This document shows, one piece after another, positions 53,928-62,566 of a stretch of DNA of 63,931 nt (positions are counted from its first letter, which is position 1; each line of letters opens with the position of its first letter). Below the pieces are notes generated by a model. That model was not told the origin of the DNA. It did no database searches and saw only the letters and a list, made by a program, of their open reading frames with translations. The stretch is from a virus. Lineage: Duplodnaviria; Caudoviricetes. The position numbers and the translations under genes are program-made. The stretch covers positions 1-63,931 of IMG/VR virus record IMGVR_UViG_3300032893_001611. One strand, 5' to 3'.

Positions 53928-54242
53928 CCTTTCCTTCGTTCCCGATGCATGGCCGTAGCCGATGACGGATGGCGCGGGGTTTATGCGCCGCCTGCCTTTT
54001 TCCCGGTGTTACGTGCCAGTGTTTCCCCGTCCGCGCCGGAATCCATTCATGCCAGCCTGACCCGCGTTTCTGCCTGAAAACCGGCCCTGATGCCCGCAAG
54101 GGTTTCCCCGCGTCTCGCAGCGCTGCGACGACGCTGCCGCTCGGGTGATCCCCCTCCCCTGACGGGCGGTCCTGTTTGTCAGGCTCTCCCGAAACCACGG
54201 GCTGGCAATGAAGCCGGCCCGAACAGAAAAGGAAACAACATC

Positions 54243-54515
54243 ATGGCACTCTCAACTCCGAAGAAAAACGAACAGGGCGAAGCGAAGAAAGGCCCCGCCG
54301 AGAAGATCCGCGTCGGCAGCACGACCGCGAGCATCTGGGAAAACACGAAGGACGGCAAGACCTTCTACAACGTCAGCTTCGAGCGCCGCTACAAGCAGGG
54401 CGAGGAATGGAAGTCCTCCGACAGCTACGGCCCCGGCGACCTGCTGGAGCTGGCCAAGGCGGCCGACCTCGCTCACAGCCGCATCATCGCCGTGTTGAAC
54501 GGCCCGGCTGAATAA
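54243..54515 (+). CDS. Putative ssDNA-binding (PC4/Whirly-like) protein
   Basis: IRVG...ASIWEN......YNVSFERRYK.GEEWKSSDSYG..DLL.L; followed by a hairpin at ~54522-54549. Confidence 0.65.
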   Translation: MALSTPKKNEQGEAKKGPAEKIRVGSTTASIWENTKDGKTFYNVSFERRYKQGEEWKSSDSYGPGDLLELAKAADLAHSRIIAVLNGPAE

Positions 54516-54792
54516 CCGCACGGCGGCGGCTCGGCATCGGGCCGCCGCCACAACCTTCAGACAACGGAGATCCCGATGAACCGCATCCTCACCGTCACCG
54601 ACGAAAACGAAACGCTCGAATTCGAATATGTCGACCTGGACGACCTAAAGAACGAAAGAATATTACCCAATCTTTTCGTGACTAAACAGGATCAATGATC
54701 CTATTCTGAAGGTATAGCCGCCTCGCACTTAGGGACGGCTATACCACCACCCCAACAGGTCATTTTGACCGGCTAACAAAGGAGCAAAACCT

Positions 54793-55185
54793 ATGACAAC
54801 CGAGCAGAACAAATCACCGCCACCGCACACGCCGAGGCCTTGGATTAAAGAAACGCAAGATGGCGGAAGCATCCTTATTTTGGACAGCATCAGCGAAAAC
54901 AAAATCATTGCCACCATAACCCACCCGCCTATCCCCAGATTTGGCATAAGGGTTGGCAGCGAAGATGAAATGCAAGCCAACGCCCGCCTGATCGCCGCCG
55001 CGCCTGATTTACTGATAGCCGCAGAGATGGAAGACTTGCTTTTGCGCTACATACGTCAGGAAATCTCCGGCCATCAACTTGACGTTTTTCTGGAACGCCA
55101 TGGGCGAAACCCAAAAAAAGCACCCGTCGATTTCATATCTGATTACCGCAGAGCCGCTATCGCCAAAGCACGGGGGCATCAATGA
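54793..55185 (+). CDS. Hypothetical phage-type protein
   Basis: HTPRPW...ANARLIAAAPDLL...AAIAKARG. Confidence 0.75.
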   Translation: MTTEQNKSPPPHTPRPWIKETQDGGSILILDSISENKIIATITHPPIPRFGIRVGSEDEMQANARLIAAAPDLLIAAEMEDLLLRYIRQEISGHQLDVFLERHGRNPKKAPVDFISDYRRAAIAKARGHQ

Positions 55186-55436
55186 GCCGACGCACACCAC
55201 ACCCTAGCCTGAACGCGACCGCCTTCAGACTGATCGAGGACGGCCTCGAATGGACCGAAACCGGCATCGCCTCCGCGCTCGTACAAAAATTCCGCGATCA
55301 GGGGAAACGGATCACCGAGCGCGTCCGCGAGGACTGCCAGGACGCCGCGCGCGTGGCGATCTACACACACCGCGACAAAATCGCGGCCATGCGTCGCGGT
55401 GAAACCTTTGTTAATCCATTCGAATTATACGAATGA
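55182..55436 (+). CDS. Hypothetical protein
   Basis: 84 aa, ATGA-coupled. Confidence 0.6.
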   Translation: MSRRTPHPSLNATAFRLIEDGLEWTETGIASALVQKFRDQGKRITERVREDCQDAARVAIYTHRDKIAAMRRGETFVNPFELYE

Positions 55437-55615
55437 CCCCCGCTGAGTTCAAGGAAGCACGCAAGCGCCTCTGCCTTTCCCAAGCGGAAATGGCCGAGTT
55501 TTTGCGCTTGTCGGATGCGCGCGTCATCCGCTTCTACGAAGCGGGCGCGCGGGAGATCAGCGGCCCTATACAGGTCGCCATCGCCTACCGCTTGAAATAC
55601 GGCCCGCTGCTCTAG
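55433..55615 (+). CDS. XRE HTH protein
   Basis: MTPAEFKEARKRL.LSQAEMA...YEAG.REI. Confidence 0.8.
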   Translation: MTPAEFKEARKRLCLSQAEMAEFLRLSDARVIRFYEAGAREISGPIQVAIAYRLKYGPLL

Positions 55616-58600
55616 GCAAAATCCCTCTCGTCAGGCTTCGGGATATCCTCTTCCTCGAACATCGTGACGTCGACCTTCGGCCCCTTGGTCGACAGCCGGT
55701 CCGCCTGACGGGCGACGCATTCCTCGAAGATGTTGCGCACCGTGCGCCCGTTGCCGAATCCCTTCTTGCCGGTCTCCAGAGATTCGAGCAGCTGGCTGGC
55801 CGCCGTCACCGCATCGAGCGAAAAGCGGATGCCGGCCGCCGACGCCATATGCCCCAGGATCTGCAGCAGCTCGGCCGCGTCGTAATCCTCGAAGTCGATG
55901 AAGGTCTTGAAGCGCGACTTGAGGCCGGGATTGCTGTCGATGAAGCGCCCCATCTCGTCCTTGTAGCCGGCGACGATCACGACCAGCCGGTCGCGGTAAT
56001 CCTCCATCGCCTTGAGCAGCGTCGCCACCGCTTCCGGCCCGAAGTCGTTCGTCGTGCCCTGCGCCAGCGTGTAGGCTTCGTCGATGAACAGCACGCCGTC
56101 GAGCGCCCGCGACAGCACTTCCTTCGTCTTCGTCGCCGTCTGGCCGACATAGTCGGCAACGAGATCGCCACGGTCGCACTCGACCATGTGGCCGGATTTC
56201 AGGAGGCCCATTTCCTTGTAGACCTTGCCGACGATCCGCGCCACGGTCGTCTTGCCCGTGCCGGGATTGCCGGTGAAGACCAGATGGTGCGTGAGTTCGA
56301 GCTTGGGCATGCCCTTGCGCTCGCGCTCCTTGCCCAGCTGCACGAGGTTGACGGTCTTGCGCACCTGCTTCTTGACCTCGGCCAGCCCGATCAGGGCGTC
56401 GAGTTCCGCCAGCACGGCCTTCTGCCTCACCTTGTCCGAAGTCGTTTTGCCGTCCGCCACGGGCAGCGGCTTTTCCGTTCGCGGCGGGAGTGCCAGTCCG
56501 GGATTGAGGGGCGGATTGCTCGTGACTTTCTCCGGTACCGGCGTGTAGTCGTAGCCGGGGTTCGGCTTCGGCGTTTCCGTCCGTTGTTCCGATCGGCCGA
56601 GATACTTGTGCAGCGCCTCGTCCCACGTCATGTTCGTGCCCGGCACGGTTTCCGACAGGTGAATGACGTCGTCTTTCTCGGCCTGCGGCGTCGACGCCGG
56701 CGCGTAGATTTCGTCGTCAGGCCTCGGCGTAAATACCTTCTCGATTTCACCCGGCGGCTTCGGCGGCCGGGGCGCAATGTCGCCCGGCGGTTTGGGCGGG
56801 ATCTTCGGCGGTTTTATATCGTCGTCCTCCCTTCCCCAGCGCCAGATCCAGCGATTAGGCTTCTCGCGGAACCTCCGGTCGCGGGAATAATACCACCATG
56901 GCATGTATTCGAAGTACGGGCAGACCTTGAGCAGCAGCGGGCGTTTCGAGCCGCGCCAGACGATCTGGTTCTTGCTTTCCTTGGAGAGCATCCGCGCCAC
57001 CTGGTCCGGATCGCGCAACGCCCGTTCCGAGACAAGTTCGCGGAGTTTTCCGTCGCCCATGTCCTGCTGTGACGTGATCACATGCTCGCCCAACCGTTCG
57101 GCCAGCCACGCGACCGTCGGCGGATGCGTGATGCCCATGACCTGCACGGCCTCGGCATTGCCGATGAAGCCGCCCCACGAATCGGGATAGACCCGCTCGA
57201 ACTGCTCAAGATCCTGGCCGATCACCCACAGGCGCACGCCCTGCGAGCGCATGGTGGGCGCGACGGTCTCGATGCCGTCGAGCTTGCCGAGGCTGGGGAA
57301 TTCGTCGATGGCCAGAAGAATGGGCGGTTTCGGAGCCTTGTTGACACGCGTCATCATGTCGACGGTCAGCAGGACGAACATGCGCAGCCAGCGCCCCTCG
57401 ATGCCGGAAACGGCATTGAGCGGCAGGCACAGATAGACCGAGATCACGTCGTTCTTGAGGTCCTCTAACAGGAAGTCGGACGACGTGCTGATGCGCCGGA
57501 TCTCCGGCATGTCGAGGAACGAGGTATGCTCCATCGCCATGGTCAGGACGGAGCCCCGTTGGTTGTGCGACATCTTCGAGAGCGAATTCGCAGCGCCGAC
57601 GATGACATGGCGGTAAGGCCCCTCGGGCGAGTTCTTCATCAGGGTCAGCAGCGCGTCGAAGGCGTCACCCGTGGACTTGCCGCGGATGACGAAGCCGGGC
57701 CGTTCGTCGGTTTCACCCTCCATGATCAGCGAGCGCAGCTTGCACAGATTGCGGTTTTCCTTCGGTCCCTGGAAGACGTAGAGGATGAGCCCGGCGATGA
57801 AGGTCCGGGGCGCGTCGTCCCAATAGGGATCGCGGCTGGTGGAGGGAACCAGAGCCTGCGCAATCTTGCGGGCATAGCTGACCGGCCGGTCGGCATCGTA
57901 CTGGGCGACGCGCTCCATTTCGTCGAAGACGTTGTAGCAGGCGCTCTGAAAACCCTTCACCGTATGAAACGGATCGAGAACGAAAACCTTCTGTCCCATG
58001 CCACGGACACCGCCCCCGCCGTTGCCGCGACGACGTGCGGTAATGGCCGCCAGCTCGCCCTTGGGATCGATGCAGAGCAGAGATCCCCGATGAATGCAAA
58101 GGTTCGGGATCAGCGCCCCTGTTGACTTGCCAGCGCCCGTGCCGGCGATGGTGACCATGTGACGTTCGGTAGGAACGCCGATGGGCCTGAGCATGCCGCC
58201 GATCGGCAGCTTGGGGCGGCCGAGGAAGATATCGCCGTCCTTGAATTCGCAGGAAAGGGTTTCCCACAAAGAGGCAAAACGCCCGGTTGCATGCTGCCCG
58301 AAATGACGCTCGCGCTCCCACCAGTTGCTGATGCCGACCATCATCTTCAGGAAGTGAGGACGATGCCGGAATGTTTTCCAGCCGAACGGATTCCACCGCC
58401 CGATCAGCTTCCAGAAACGCGCCCCGAAGAACGTCCAGAAGAAATACGAAATCAGGATGGCGACAAGCCAGCTGAGGGCCTCTCCGGTGATCCGGAAGAA
58501 GCCTGCACCGTGATAGACCTCGCGCCAGGTCAGATGGAAAAAACCGTCCCAGACGCGGAGCATAAGCCACCGGCCGGGAGCCGTGAAAATCCCGATGAAG

Positions 58601-58725
58601 GCGAGGAAGACGGGGTCGGTGTAATGCGATACCGCCCGGACATGGGGCTCAAGCGAAGGCGGAGGACCGATGACCAGCACCCAAGCGCCAAGGACGACGA
58701 GCGCAAGTATGAGCCAGCCTCTCAT
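55612..58725 (-). CDS. VirD4/TraG-like coupling protein fused to a SpoVK/CbbX-type AAA+ ATPase
   Basis: N-terminal TMs; AGTGAGKS, IDPKGE, IDEFPSLG, GQDL.Q; Pro-rich linker; LIGLAEVK, HLVFTGNPGTGKTTVAR, LFIDEAY, NPGLKSRF, FGNGRTVRN. Confidence 0.92.
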   Translation of the reverse strand: MRGWLILALVVLGAWVLVIGPPPSLEPHVRAVSHYTDPVFLAFIGIFTAPGRWLMLRVWDGFFHLTWREVYHGAGFFRITGEALSWLVAILISYFFWTFFGARFWKLIGRWNPFGWKTFRHRPHFLKMMVGISNWWERERHFGQHATGRFASLWETLSCEFKDGDIFLGRPKLPIGGMLRPIGVPTERHMVTIAGTGAGKSTGALIPNLCIHRGSLLCIDPKGELAAITARRRGNGGGGVRGMGQKVFVLDPFHTVKGFQSACYNVFDEMERVAQYDADRPVSYARKIAQALVPSTSRDPYWDDAPRTFIAGLILYVFQGPKENRNLCKLRSLIMEGETDERPGFVIRGKSTGDAFDALLTLMKNSPEGPYRHVIVGAANSLSKMSHNQRGSVLTMAMEHTSFLDMPEIRRISTSSDFLLEDLKNDVISVYLCLPLNAVSGIEGRWLRMFVLLTVDMMTRVNKAPKPPILLAIDEFPSLGKLDGIETVAPTMRSQGVRLWVIGQDLEQFERVYPDSWGGFIGNAEAVQVMGITHPPTVAWLAERLGEHVITSQQDMGDGKLRELVSERALRDPDQVARMLSKESKNQIVWRGSKRPLLLKVCPYFEYMPWWYYSRDRRFREKPNRWIWRWGREDDDIKPPKIPPKPPGDIAPRPPKPPGEIEKVFTPRPDDEIYAPASTPQAEKDDVIHLSETVPGTNMTWDEALHKYLGRSEQRTETPKPNPGYDYTPVPEKVTSNPPLNPGLALPPRTEKPLPVADGKTTSDKVRQKAVLAELDALIGLAEVKKQVRKTVNLVQLGKERERKGMPKLELTHHLVFTGNPGTGKTTVARIVGKVYKEMGLLKSGHMVECDRGDLVADYVGQTATKTKEVLSRALDGVLFIDEAYTLAQGTTNDFGPEAVATLLKAMEDYRDRLVVIVAGYKDEMGRFIDSNPGLKSRFKTFIDFEDYDAAELLQILGHMASAAGIRFSLDAVTAASQLLESLETGKKGFGNGRTVRNIFEECVARQADRLSTKGPKVDVTMFEEEDIPKPDERDFA

Positions 58726-58926
58726 AAACGATTAAGGCCATTCTTTCACGGATCGCCCTTTTCCGTTGCCGTGAAGTCTGTCATGCTTACGCTACGCCGG
58801 GTCCCCGGCGAAATTCAGCGCCTGTATTGCATTTGAGCTAAATTTTATCTACCATGCTGATAACTTCAGCCCACGCAATTAAATTACGCGGCCTGCGGCC
58901 GAAGGCAGCAGAAAAAGGCCGTCGCG

Positions 58927-58993
58927 TACCGCTCGCAAGATGTGCGCGTGTTCCACGCGCTACCGCTCGCCTGACGGCTCACTCATCTTGCAA
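58927..58993. other. Candidate oriT
   Basis: Between divergent T4CP and mobC; GCAAGATG/CATCTTGC and GCGCGTG/CACGCGC inverted repeats; TACCGCTCGC x2; CATCTTGC resembles the MOBP nic YATCCTG^Y. Confidence 0.5.
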
Positions 58994-59245
58994 AGGGGGT
59001 AGCTTCGCCCCCCGTTTGATCCCCCGGACCATGGGCTTCGCCCGCTGGACCCGACCAGGAGAGCCTTCGTGCCCTCCATGGACCTCCAGACCGGGCGAGA
59101 CTTCGCTCTCTCCCTGGACCCTCATCGACCATGGGCCTTGCCCCGTGGACCCGCGCCGGATGCGTTCCGCCCCTGCACCCCTGACCAACCCTCGGCGGAT
59201 TGGATGCCCCGCCTGCGGCGCGCTAATGCGCCCGGAGAACAAAAC

Positions 59246-59638
59246 GTGAGCAGCAGCGGCAGCCAGAAGCGCAAGGCGACGAAGCGCATCGCCGTCAACT
59301 GCACGCCCGAACAGTACGCGGAGATCGTCGCCAAGACAAGCGCCGCGGGGCTCTCGCCGAGCGCGGTCTGCCTCAACGTCCTGCTCGACACGCCCCTGCC
59401 CGCCCGTCGCCGCCCCGTGAAGGACGAAGCGCTGCTGGCGAAGGTGCTGGCCGAGCTGGGCAAGATCGGCTCCAACATCAACCAGATCGCCTACCGCTAC
59501 AACATCGCCGAGGTGCTGCCCGCCGGCAACATCGAAGGCGCCCTCGAAGCCGCCCTGCGCGAGCTGCTGGAATGGCGCACAGCCATCATGCAGTCGCTCG
59601 GCTACGAGCGCCCCCGCAAGCCCCCGAAAAAGGATTGA
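59246..59638 (+). CDS. mobC: Relaxosome accessory protein MobC
   Basis: SGSQKRK....IAV..TPEQY...AAGLS.S RHH; ELGKIGSNINQIA; GGAG RBS before GTG. Confidence 0.9.
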   Translation: MSSSGSQKRKATKRIAVNCTPEQYAEIVAKTSAAGLSPSAVCLNVLLDTPLPARRRPVKDEALLAKVLAELGKIGSNINQIAYRYNIAEVLPAGNIEGALEAALRELLEWRTAIMQSLGYERPRKPPKKD

Positions 59639-59647
59639 CCGCGCCCT

Positions 59648-59687
59648 GTGAACGTGTAAACTCGTTTGCCTGTCAACCAGCAAACAG
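59648..59687. repeat. 8-bp periodic centromere-like array 1
   Basis: GTGAACGT GTAAACTC GTTTGCCT GTCAACCA GCAAACAG. Confidence 0.55.
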
Positions 59688-59699
59688 GGAATCACGGGC

Positions 59700-60050
59700 A
59701 TGGTCGCGTTCAACTTCCAGAAAGTCTTCGCGCCAAAAATTCAGGACGGCACCAAGATCCAAACGATCCGTGCGAAAATCCGCTGCCACCCCGGACAACT
59801 GATGCAGCTGTACACCGGCATGCGTACCAAGGCGTGCGCCAAGATCATCGCCGACCGCTCCTGCGCCCTTGTAGATTATTGCCATCTGGCCCCGGACGGG
59901 ATTACCTTCGGCGATAAAACGAAGCACCCTTCCATCGACGAATTCGCCCAGCTTGACGGCTTCAAGAGCTTCGATGATCTCCTGTCATGGTTTCAGGGGA
60001 AATATGGAACGCCTCACTTCATTGGCTACGTTCACAGATGGACAGCGTGA
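59700..60050 (+). CDS. ASCH-like protein
   Basis: F...F...I..GTK.QTIR...G..MQLYTGMRTK.C...FAQLDGF. Confidence 0.7.
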   Translation: MVAFNFQKVFAPKIQDGTKIQTIRAKIRCHPGQLMQLYTGMRTKACAKIIADRSCALVDYCHLAPDGITFGDKTKHPSIDEFAQLDGFKSFDDLLSWFQGKYGTPHFIGYVHRWTA

Positions 60051-60053
60051 GCG

Positions 60054-60590
60054 ATGGAAACCCGCGCCAAGCCCCCGCCGAGCAAGCGGCCGCCGAAAGC
60101 ATCCGGCAGGCCTAACGAATTCCAAACCGAGCCGAAAGACGTCCGGCCCCTTCTGCCCTTCCTTCCCAAGAACAAGATCATCTGGGAGCCCGCGCAGGGT
60201 GAAGGGCAGATCGTTGCCTTCCTCCACGGCATGGGCTACAACGTCGTCGGCACCGACATCCTTAATGGTTTCGACTTCCTGAGCCCCCTCGCCGCCCCGC
60301 CGGCCTTCGACATCATCGTCACCAACCCGCCCTACAGCATCAAGGATCAGTGGCTCGAACGGTGCTTCGCGCTTGAGAAGCCGTTCGCCCTATTCCTGCC
60401 GATCACCATCTTCGACAGCAAGGAACGCCGCGCCCTTTTCAAGCGGTACAAGCCGCAGTTCCTGATGCCCGACGACAGGCCCACCTTCACGACGCCGAGC
60501 GGTAAGAAGGGCGGCAGTTGGTTCTATTGCACCTGGATCTGCTGGCAGTTCGACCTGCCCGACCGTATCACCTATGCGGAGGCTGCATGA
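60054..60590 (+). CDS. Small phage-type N6-adenine methyltransferase
   Basis: IWEPAQGEG; IIVTNPPYS; KPFALFLP. Confidence 0.85.
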   Translation: METRAKPPPSKRPPKASGRPNEFQTEPKDVRPLLPFLPKNKIIWEPAQGEGQIVAFLHGMGYNVVGTDILNGFDFLSPLAAPPAFDIIVTNPPYSIKDQWLERCFALEKPFALFLPITIFDSKERRALFKRYKPQFLMPDDRPTFTTPSGKKGGSWFYCTWICWQFDLPDRITYAEAA

Positions 60591-60802
60591 CCGCCCTTCT
60601 CCCTTGCCCGTTCTGCGGCGGCGACGCCAATCCCTGTTATCGGATCGCCTGCGACGAAGAACACTTCACACTCTACGGCGTTTCATGCGCCCGCTGCCAA
60701 ATTGGCTATCGCGATCTAGATACGCAGGCAGAGGCAAACCAGCTATGGAACACCAGAACGCCCTTGACCATTCCCCCCGACTCGGGCAAAGTGAACCCGT
60801 AA
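60587..60802 (+). CDS. Lar-family restriction alleviation protein
   Basis: LLPCPFCGG...VSC.RC...EA...WNTR. Confidence 0.8.
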   Translation: MTALLPCPFCGGDANPCYRIACDEEHFTLYGVSCARCQIGYRDLDTQAEANQLWNTRTPLTIPPDSGKVNP

Positions 60803-60854
60803 ACTCCCTTCCTCTTTTGCGTGTAAACACGTAAACCAGACAACCAGACAACAG
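60791..60854. repeat. 8-bp periodic centromere-like array 2 (parC/operator)
   Basis: GTGAACCC GTAAACTC ... GTAAACAC GTAAACCA GACAACCA GACAACAG directly before parA. Confidence 0.65.
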
Positions 60855-60862
60855 GTGTTCCC

Positions 60863-61543
60863 ATGAAGGTGATTTCCGTCCTGATGCAGAAAGGCGGCAG
60901 CGGCAAGACCACGCTTGTTGAAAGCCTCGCCGTCGCCGCGATGGCCGACGAGGCCGTCGCCATCGTCGACCTCGACCCGCAATCGACCGCCTGCAAGTGG
61001 GGCGACCGGCGCAACGCCGAGCCCGCGATCATGTCCGTCCAGCCCGCGCGCCTGCCGCAGACGCTGAAGGTTCTGCGCGAGAAGGGGGCGAGCCTTGTCC
61101 TGATCGACACGCCCCCGCGGGCGGCCGACGCGGCGATGGCGGCGGCGCAGGCGGCCGACCTGATCCTGATCCCGTCGCGCCCCACGATCAATGACCTCGA
61201 AACAATCGCCACCACACGCGACCTGATCAGCGGGGCAGGGGCTTCCGCCAAAATCGCCGTTGTTCTTAACGGCATTCCGCCGCAGGGCCGGCAGCGCGAG
61301 CAGGCCGAGAACGCCGTCCGCGAGATGGGGCTGTATATCTGCCCCGTCGCCTTCGGCCACCGCAGCGCCTTCACGCACGGCGCCGTGCTCGGGCAGACCG
61401 CGCAGGAGTTCGACCCGAGCGGCAAGGCCGCCGGGGAAATAAAACAGCTTTACAAGTTTACGAGCAAACTCCTAAACTCCCTCACACCCAAACAGGAAAA
61501 CACCGATGGCAAAGAAATCAGCAGATCTGGCGCAGGCGCTTAA
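60863..61543 (+). CDS. parA: Type Ib partition ATPase ParA
   Basis: QKGGSGKTT; DLDPQ; LIDTPP; no N-terminal HTH. Confidence 0.95.
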   Translation: MKVISVLMQKGGSGKTTLVESLAVAAMADEAVAIVDLDPQSTACKWGDRRNAEPAIMSVQPARLPQTLKVLREKGASLVLIDTPPRAADAAMAAAQAADLILIPSRPTINDLETIATTRDLISGAGASAKIAVVLNGIPPQGRQREQAENAVREMGLYICPVAFGHRSAFTHGAVLGQTAQEFDPSGKAAGEIKQLYKFTSKLLNSLTPKQENTDGKEISRSGAGA

Positions 61544-61829
61544 GGGGCACGACCGGGCCGCGTCACCGCCCAAGGCCGAAGCGCAGCCGCGCCCGGATGC
61601 CGGCGAGCGCGACCCGCACTACCGCCCCGGCCGCGTGGGCATGGAGAACCTGACCGGGTATTTCCCGCCGTCGGTGAAGGACCAGTTGACAATCCTAACC
61701 ATCGAGCGCAAGCGCGCCCTCGGCCGCAAGGTCACGATCCAGGACCTGCTGGCCGAAGCCCTCAACGACCTGTTCGCAAAGTACGGCAAGCCAGAGATCG
61801 CGCCCGTCGGCCGGAAGGAAGGGCAGTGA
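61506..61829 (+). CDS. Ribbon-helix-helix centromere-binding protein (ParG-like)
   Basis: GYFPP.VK.QL...TIQDLLAEALNDLFAKYG; follows parA. Confidence 0.85.
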   Translation: MAKKSADLAQALKGHDRAASPPKAEAQPRPDAGERDPHYRPGRVGMENLTGYFPPSVKDQLTILTIERKRALGRKVTIQDLLAEALNDLFAKYGKPEIAPVGRKEGQ

Positions 61830-62023
61830 TAAAGGTCCGTCCGCCTCTCGCGAGCCCGAGCGCCGAGGACATCGAGGCTGCCACCGAATTCCTCTTCCCC
61901 ATGGCGCCCGGCCCCGGCGATCCCGGCTTCAGGATCTGGACCGATCACGAACGCGCCGAGATCAACCGCGTCGCATGGGAGATCATGACCAAGCGCCTGC
62001 GGTCGACCAACACCACGCACTGA
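61826..62023 (+). CDS. Hypothetical protein
   Basis: GTGA overlap, 65 aa. Confidence 0.5.
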   Translation: MIKVRPPLASPSAEDIEAATEFLFPMAPGPGDPGFRIWTDHERAEINRVAWEIMTKRLRSTNTTH

Positions 62024-62032
62024 CGGCGTAAA

Positions 62033-62314
62033 ATGGGCGGCATGGCGGCCACACAATTCCCGAAGCGGGCGAGGGACCGCGCCAGGAAGATCAAGAGCCC
62101 CGAGGATTTCAAGGCCGCCGAGGATCGCCTGCGCGCCGCCGTCAACGCCGGCAACACGCGAACCGAAAAGTTCTGGCGCGAAGTCTTCGGCGCTTACGCA
62201 GCCATCCTGCAGCGGCGCGGAAAGTCGGAGTTCGCCGACGTCTGGAACCTCGCCACCAACTATTCCCTCACCGACGAGTTCGGCTGGACGCCGCCGGAAT
62301 CAACCAACGGCTGA
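62033..62314 (+). CDS. Hypothetical protein
   Basis: 93 aa, GC3-rich codons. Confidence 0.55.
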   Translation: MGGMAATQFPKRARDRARKIKSPEDFKAAEDRLRAAVNAGNTRTEKFWREVFGAYAAILQRRGKSEFADVWNLATNYSLTDEFGWTPPESTNG

Positions 62315-62354
62315 AAACCACCACCAATTTCCCGCTTTCGTGACAGGCCCTGAA

Positions 62355-62386
62355 TTCACGCCGGAGTTCATGAATTCCGGCGTGAA
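62355..62386. repeat. 32-bp near-perfect palindrome upstream of int
   Basis: TTCACGCCGGAGTTCA|TGAATTCCGGCGTGAA (15/16). Confidence 0.8.
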
Positions 62387-62566
62387 CTTCCCCGGCGTCT
62401 AAGCCCTTTAAATCCGCCACATCGCCACGGCAGCGCGAATGCCTTTACAGGCCGCGAGGCCATGAAAGGGACGCCGTCCAATCCGCCAGCGCCGACAGCC
62501 ACGAATGGTGGTAATGTCGTGGTCGAGGCAAATCGCTGCGCGTCATCGAAGGGAGATTTCGATGCA

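Noticed and set aside
53400-54240. GC-rich hairpins around 53400-53520 and 54090-54200 as ncRNAs
   Set aside because: Stems are short and expected at this GC content; no repeat copy or promoter support
55182-55615. HigBA-like toxin-antitoxin pair
   Set aside because: The HTH fits an antitoxin, but the upstream 84-aa protein shows no RelE/HigB features I can recognise
51550-59638. Self-transmissible ICE
   Set aside because: No VirB4, pilin or other mating-pair formation genes; at most mobilisable
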